From Phoronis australis (Eukaryota > Animalia > Phoronida): a DNA stretch of 63,929 nt. Below are positions 57,933 through 63,929 of the stretch, one piece after another; position 1 is the first letter of the stretch, and each line of letters begins with the position of its first letter. Under the pieces are notes generated by a model. That model was not told where the DNA came from, made no database searches, and saw only the letters and a program-made list of their open reading frames with translations. The DNA lies in assembly GCA_002633005.1 (NCBI GenBank), contig NMRA01000121.1, positions 40,106 to 104,034 on the forward strand, written 5' to 3'. A program made the position numbers and the translations under genes.

Positions 57933-60740
57933 TGATACACCGTAAAATGTAACAATTTCGTAAAATGTAACAACTGTTACATTTTACGTCTTTGTTACAT
58001 TTTACGTTGCTAAGCCTTTCCTAAAATGTAACAAGTTGTTACATTTTACGTAGTTGTTACATTTCACGTCGAACGCACATGCGAGAAATGTACCATTGTT
58101 ACATTTTACCAAACCCACGTCATATTGCAAAGAATATGACCAAAATCACAAACAAGTGGTATCTGACACGGCCGGGGGGTACTGGTGTATTTTTAGACGA
58201 GGAGGGGTGCCGGAAAAGTTTGAATACCTACCCATTTTGAGAGTCGGCTCGTACAAAAAGTGACCCATTTAGATACTAGTGTGTGTAAAACCTCACATTT
58301 TCGCACACTTCTGTTCCAGAAATTCAGGAAAGGCACCTTTTGGATATAGTTTTGTCGAAAATGACACCATTTTGGAGAGTATTTTTTCTGTGAAAAAACA
58401 TCCTTTTGGGCGGCACTTTTCGTATACATCTTCTATAGGAATGCCCTCCGGGCTGACACGACATGAATTTGCTACCTATTCTAATTTTTATTAGTATTAC
58501 ATTACTATCACTACTGTTACTACTATTAATACTATTACTACTGCCACTATCACTCGTTATCGTTTTTGCTATCCTTATTTTTTATATTTTAAAAATTCTT
58601 TAACAAGGACTCAAACATGTTTAGCAAAGTGCTAATACATCATGGACCTCAAAGATTTTAAAAAATATCTCATTTATTGTTCAATGTTGTTATCGGGCTG
58701 TCCATATTGGTTACAAAAGCATTTTAAACGGGCTCCTAAGTTCAGCTTTAATGATGTGAGGAATGTCTTGACAGCTGTGGATGCAGAGTGCGCCTACTTT
58801 TTGGAAACGAGGAGGTTGAGATTTAAAATCTTGTTTAGACGAGCACCAAATTCAAAAATTGATTATTTTTGAACTACATGTATCGGCAAGCACTGTATTA
58901 TTTGTAAATATAACTATGTCCATCTGTAGGTTGCCACGAAGAGCTGGATTCCGACAACATTGTCTCTTGTTGAAAACATTCCTTGTCAAAGAACTGGGGA
59001 TCGTTCAACGATGGTTTGTAAGTTCAAAATTGCCTTACGTTGAACTCTGGAGGCAGACGTTTTTCGAGAACTAACGACTAGTCAACTGCGGTCACCGGGT
59101 CATTAGAATAGCAGGTAACGGACACACAAGACACGCAACAGTTTTATGTGGAATGGGCCTCAATATTCTTAGAAAAACACAGTGATTTAACAAAATTATT
59201 TGAACTAGGTTTCACTGAAAGTTGATTGTATAGAACAAAACCGCCAACGTCGAAATCAGCGATGTTTAATATGAGCATTTAATGTTATGCATCGAAAAGA
59301 TTAAAAAGCAATGCATCAAAAGAATACCAAATTCCCTTATCTGCGAGCTGCAACACAAAAATGGCGCCTCATGAGACACGTGAATTCACGCCCATTAATA
59401 ACAGAATGTCCAATCTTTATCCTTATTTATTTGTACTTCGAACTAACGACCATTGGTCAAATAGCCATTTTAATTCATATTTTATCTTAAAAGGTAATAC
59501 AAAGAGAAATTTTACGTTTTTATAGTCTGAAAGCCCGAAAGTAAGCATTTTTGAACCCGGCATTGCCCCTTTAAACTATAGATCTAAACCAGGTTTGAGC
59601 AAAATGATCAGGTCCCTTCAGAGTGCTATGCATCCTATTTTTACATATACACGTCGCGGTTTCACCTGCTGTTACAACCACTATCTCAGACAAGTTTGAC
59701 ATCATAGGAACAATAAGATTTCTTTCGTCACAATGCCGCCACATTTTGAACTAATAGCTCGGCCTTCTCAAAGGCGATATTTTGCTGTTGCTTTGGCAAA
59801 ATCTGTCAACCTGACGGCAAATAAGTGTGTGCTTTTATTTCCTTCAACTACAATGTCTTTAAGAAATTGTCATTCGTAACTAAGGTGGTAGTGAGCATCT
59901 GAAACTTTGACTGCTCCTTTTGTGTGAAGCAGGGCAATTACTGCATTAGCGATGACTCCAAGGCAATATAACACTGGTCGAAATAAACCAAACTATCGTG
60001 GACTAAAACTGATATTTTTTCTATCAAATTGGCTTCCGAAATTGAAATCTCCATGGAAAATTTTGTTATCGTCGTTCGTTCCCGAAGAAATACGATAAAT
60101 ATTAGCCAAATACGATGTCATTGTCGTTCTTACAAAGGGAAGTGTGTTTACTGTAATGTCAGATAAAAATTGGTTTATGAGCGTCAACAAAAGAATGCAT
60201 GAACGCTTTAAAGCCATTCTCCATGAATCGCGACAATTCGACACCTGAGACACTCGATTTTCAAGTATCAGGTAACGAGTATTTTATCGTTAAATAACGA
60301 TAAAAAACTTGTTACCTGATCCTGGAAACTCCTTTTGTGTGAAGTTGAAACTGTACGCTGTACATTTTTACTATACCATTAAACTAGTCATGTTCAAAAA
60401 ACCATGGAAAGTACATGTACATCGGGACTCACCTATAGAGTCTACCTGGCATATTTGATAGAATTTCATTCACACAATCCGAGAAAGAAGGCGTTAAGTG
60501 TGTGAACAGTTCTCCTCCGTGTGACAAATACCACGCAAACTCATGAAATATGACGTCGCTTTCGTAAAATGTAACAATGGTACATTTCTCGCATGTGCAT
60601 TCGACGTAAATTGTAACAATTACACAAAATGTAACAACTTGTTACATTTTAGGAGAGGCCTAGCAAAGTAAAATGTAACAATGACGTAAAATGTAACAGT
60701 TGTAACATTTTACAAAATTGTTACATTTTACGGCGTATCA
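57933..60740. mobile_element. 2.8-kb DNA element with ~190-bp modular TIRs, TG...CA ends and a 6-bp TSD (superfamily uncertain)
   Basis: gtccgc|TGATACACCGTAAAATGTAAC ... GTTACATTTTACGGCGTATCA|gtccgc. The TIRs are built from repeated TAAAATGTAACA units in both orientations. Confidence 0.85.
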
Positions 60741-62506
60741 GTCCGCAATAAAGAGCCACGTCGTCTGCGTTACAGGCGGTTACCAGTCTCCGAAATTGTA
60801 TTTAAGAAAAACGGCTCGAAGGTAGCAGAAAATCGAGTGCGACTGGTTTATAACAGTATCAAAACACTGTGTGGTTACAAAAATAGCAAGGCATCTCTTC
60901 AAACGGAGCCGTTGTCAGCAGCTGCCAAGACTTTTTATTCCGGCAATGCGCTGTCTGGATTAGTTTCCACTATTTTCGGCAGCGTGCAATCGTTATATTG
61001 AAGAAAGGAAACTGCGCTTTTATTTTCACCAAAATTGTCGAATAACTTTCGATTAATTTTTATACGATTTTAGAAAAATTTCTCCAGATTTTTTTAAGGG
61101 ACATAACATCGATGAAAACGTTTTGATACTATTTTACTCAAAGCTTGAAATAGAGGTGATCAACGTCTACAGACAATCATAGTTTACACAAATTACCGTA
61201 TTGGCCCGCCTTGAGGCCCGTGTGCCTATATCCGAAATAGTGCCGATTTCGCGGTCATTTTTACCCGGCAAGTGGATCACATAATGACACATGCGTCGAA
61301 GTTTCGCATATATGCCCAGGCCATGTCCCCTATATAAGCCATGCGTTAATTCTCATATATAAGAGTAACCGTTTTAACTACCGCTGTGCCTCCCAATGAC
61401 ATTTTTTACGTTTGTCTCCGTATCTTTGTACATCATTTTTGGCGTATTCTCAAGAAATATTCGAAAAGATGCCTTTTCGCGGCTTGTTTACCCATGAGCC
61501 TAAGTTTCGGATAAAAGCGTAGTTCCGCACAGACGCCCGTGGGTCTAATGGCGCAATCATACGGTAAGAAAGAAAGGAAAAGAGCATTTCCCAAGCACGA
61601 CATATTCACAATAGCTTAAAAGACTACCGTTAACAGTATAAGTAAAGTGTAATTTAGCAATGTGTAATACAATGTACTTTTCTAGCAAATACGGTAGCAA
61701 CAAAAATGACATTTTTCATAGCATCCCAGTCCTGAATGCGGAACTGCAGTTGCTCCCTTTCTGTATTTCTGACAAATCCCCATCACTGCGGATCATGACA
61801 CTCTGCTAGTGTCACAATGAATCCCAGCGCTCGCGCCAAGCCATGACAGAAAACTGCGGGCAACGTTGCTGATTTTTGTCGAGACTTACTAACTTCCTAA
61901 CTACCGCGTATGAACTTACTGCTCTCTGGTCAGATTTATCTCCGCATGTTACAACATTTGGTCGTTTTCAGTCGAAAAAAGATGGAATTATCTAGTAATA
62001 CCGGGTATCAAAAACACTGACATTGTCCTGTTGCTTCGCTCCTTACATGTAAATTTTCGAATCTCAAAAAAAGAACTATTCTTTGCCGAACAAGTTTCAG
62101 CATACTCACAAAATGTCGATTTCCATGCGGGCACATGGGGGGTGGGGCTCGAGGGGCTCCAACGAGCACCCTCATTTGGCGAAGTGGGCAAAACGGTCCG
62201 CCTCAGAGAAGGGTTGGAATAAAATTTAACGGAAACGTACGCACCCAATTACGCCGGGTCTCTTTCCATTACCTAATAATAACGCGTAAAGCGAAATGGG
62301 TTTACATTGCGCTGTTTGATAAAAACTATACAATTCCAACTACAACAATGAACTAAAAATTTCTGACCTTTTAATTTTGTTAAGAAACTTGACAAAAAAT
62401 TCCACATGTCCCTATACCGACTGTGCCCTAAAATCGATAAAGCTAATATACAATTCTAACTAGTATAACAATGAAGTAAAAATTTCTTAACTTTTAATTT
62501 TTTTAA

Positions 62507-63185
62507 AGAAGCCTGGAACGCGATAAATAGACTGAATTACAACATCGAAAGTGGTTCTCTGCCACTGGAACAGAATTCAAAATGCTCACAAAGTATTTTT
62601 AGGGTTTGTTCGTAAAGATTTTAAACTTCTGCTCATATCAAACATTGTTTAGTTTCAACTTTCAAAATAAACGATCTGTCACTTGCTCGCCACTTCGTCA
62701 ATTTGCTCGCACAAGGCAAACCACGTCTCCTTGTTTGGTATGACAAGACATAGACGAAGCACCTTTCCCTTATATGGAAAATGTGGCCTTTGACCTCAAG
62801 CGACTTCAAGCATCTGACTGACCATATGCGCGCATTTATCGTAAGTGGGAGGGAGATTAGAAACTCTGTGCTAACCACAGAGTTTTTCCTTCGCGCCTAT
62901 TTCAAAAATCGTGAATTTTGTGATTTTTCTTGGAAATTTCCTCCTAGGGGAAAGTTAATTACTCTGTAATAGACCTTGCAATATGGTCAAGAATTGTTTA
63001 AGACATTTTGACGAGGTTCATGGGCGGCGCAGCACTGAAGAAAGAGGGGGCTAAAGCCCCTTCACTCAGCCTCCTGTGGTGCATCGCCTATAGACCAAAT
63101 GTGCAGCGTAGCACTGGAAGAAGAGTGCCCCCTAGCCCCCTATGGTGCGCCGCCCATGTTTCGCGTCCCATGCCTTTTTAAGCTA
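62507..63185. mobile_element. TTAA-flanked non-autonomous element, copy 2 (reverse of 38391-39008), interrupted by a nested MITE
   Basis: ttaa|agaagcctggaacgcgataaatagac matches the reverse complement of 38985-39012. Similarity resumes after 63158. Confidence 0.65.
63019..63158. mobile_element. Nested 140-bp MITE
   Basis: 13-bp TIR CATGGGCGGCGCA / TGCGCCGCCCATG flanked by TT on both sides. It is absent from the homologous position in copy 1. Confidence 0.75.
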
Positions 63186-63929
63186 CTCATGACAAAAAAG
63201 ATTTCTACTTGTCCTTATTCCAAATGTGTCCTAAAAGGAAAAAAAACATATGGTTAATGTAGTACACCCAGGCTTATTGGTGCGTTTACGCGTCTTGAAA
63301 TAATTGTTATGCAGTATTCAAAATAGTTGACAACACCAAATATTCAGTAGTTTATCATTCATACTTATCTGTGGTTGAAGAGCTAAGCTGAGCAAGCAAC
63401 TGTAAAACGGCGCAACTAGTGTGTAATTGTAGAAGGTTGACCCAAAATCTTAGTGTGACAAGGATGTCAGGGGTATAGTAATTCCCATTACATTACATTA
63501 AGGTCAGAGTAAGTTTACGAGACTTGGCTCGTTTGATGAACAATTTGTCATGTGTATGAGACAAAAAATGGCCGAAGAAAAAAACGAGAGAGAAATATAA
63601 AGAAGTATATCAGCTTAGACGCTAAAGAAAAGGCCACTTGAAATATCTTAAAACAGGCAAACATGATTTGGAGATCCCATTTTACGACACCAGGAAAGAG
63701 AGAAATTTGGCAAATGGAAAAATTATTCTGTACGCTTTGAAAACCGAGTCATAACTCAGGTAACTAAGAGTATACAAAAGAGAAATGGAACGTCCACAAA
63801 ACCAGCTTCCTGGCTGACACAAATAAATCAAAATGGCTTTCTCTTGTTACTATATTTTGACCACCTTGGATTGCCCATAGAAAGGCGGATTTAGGGTGGG
63901 CCCCGGGGGCCCGCCGCCCCCCCCCCCCC

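Overview
Eukaryotic (animal, probably invertebrate) draft-assembly DNA with spliceosomal GT-AG introns; there are no prokaryotic features. Three complete spliced genes were reconstructed by hand with consistent splice phases. They are an omega-class glutathione S-transferase (+, 1645-11607, 5 coding exons, 241 aa), an M14A zinc pro-carboxypeptidase with a B-type specificity residue (+, 21933-40408, 11 exons, 428 aa) and an SLC52-family riboflavin transporter (-, 54980-46158, 3 exons, 459 aa). Introns and intergenic DNA are rich in transposon material: RTE and LOA-like LINE relics, two Penelope-like remnants each with a minimal hammerhead-ribozyme motif, a THAP domain behind a Kolobok-like end, hAT-, MULE- and other MITEs with readable target-site duplications, a MITE enclosing a tRNA-like cassette, and a 2.8 kb long-TIR element with a 6-bp TSD. 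Two ~1 kb tandem duplications, one containing GST exon 4, begin exactly at single-N joins and most likely represent both haplotypes. I see no clear new multi-gene system; the best leads are the unusual mobile elements and RNA structures listed as findings. All calls come from manual reading and recalled family motifs, with no database searches.
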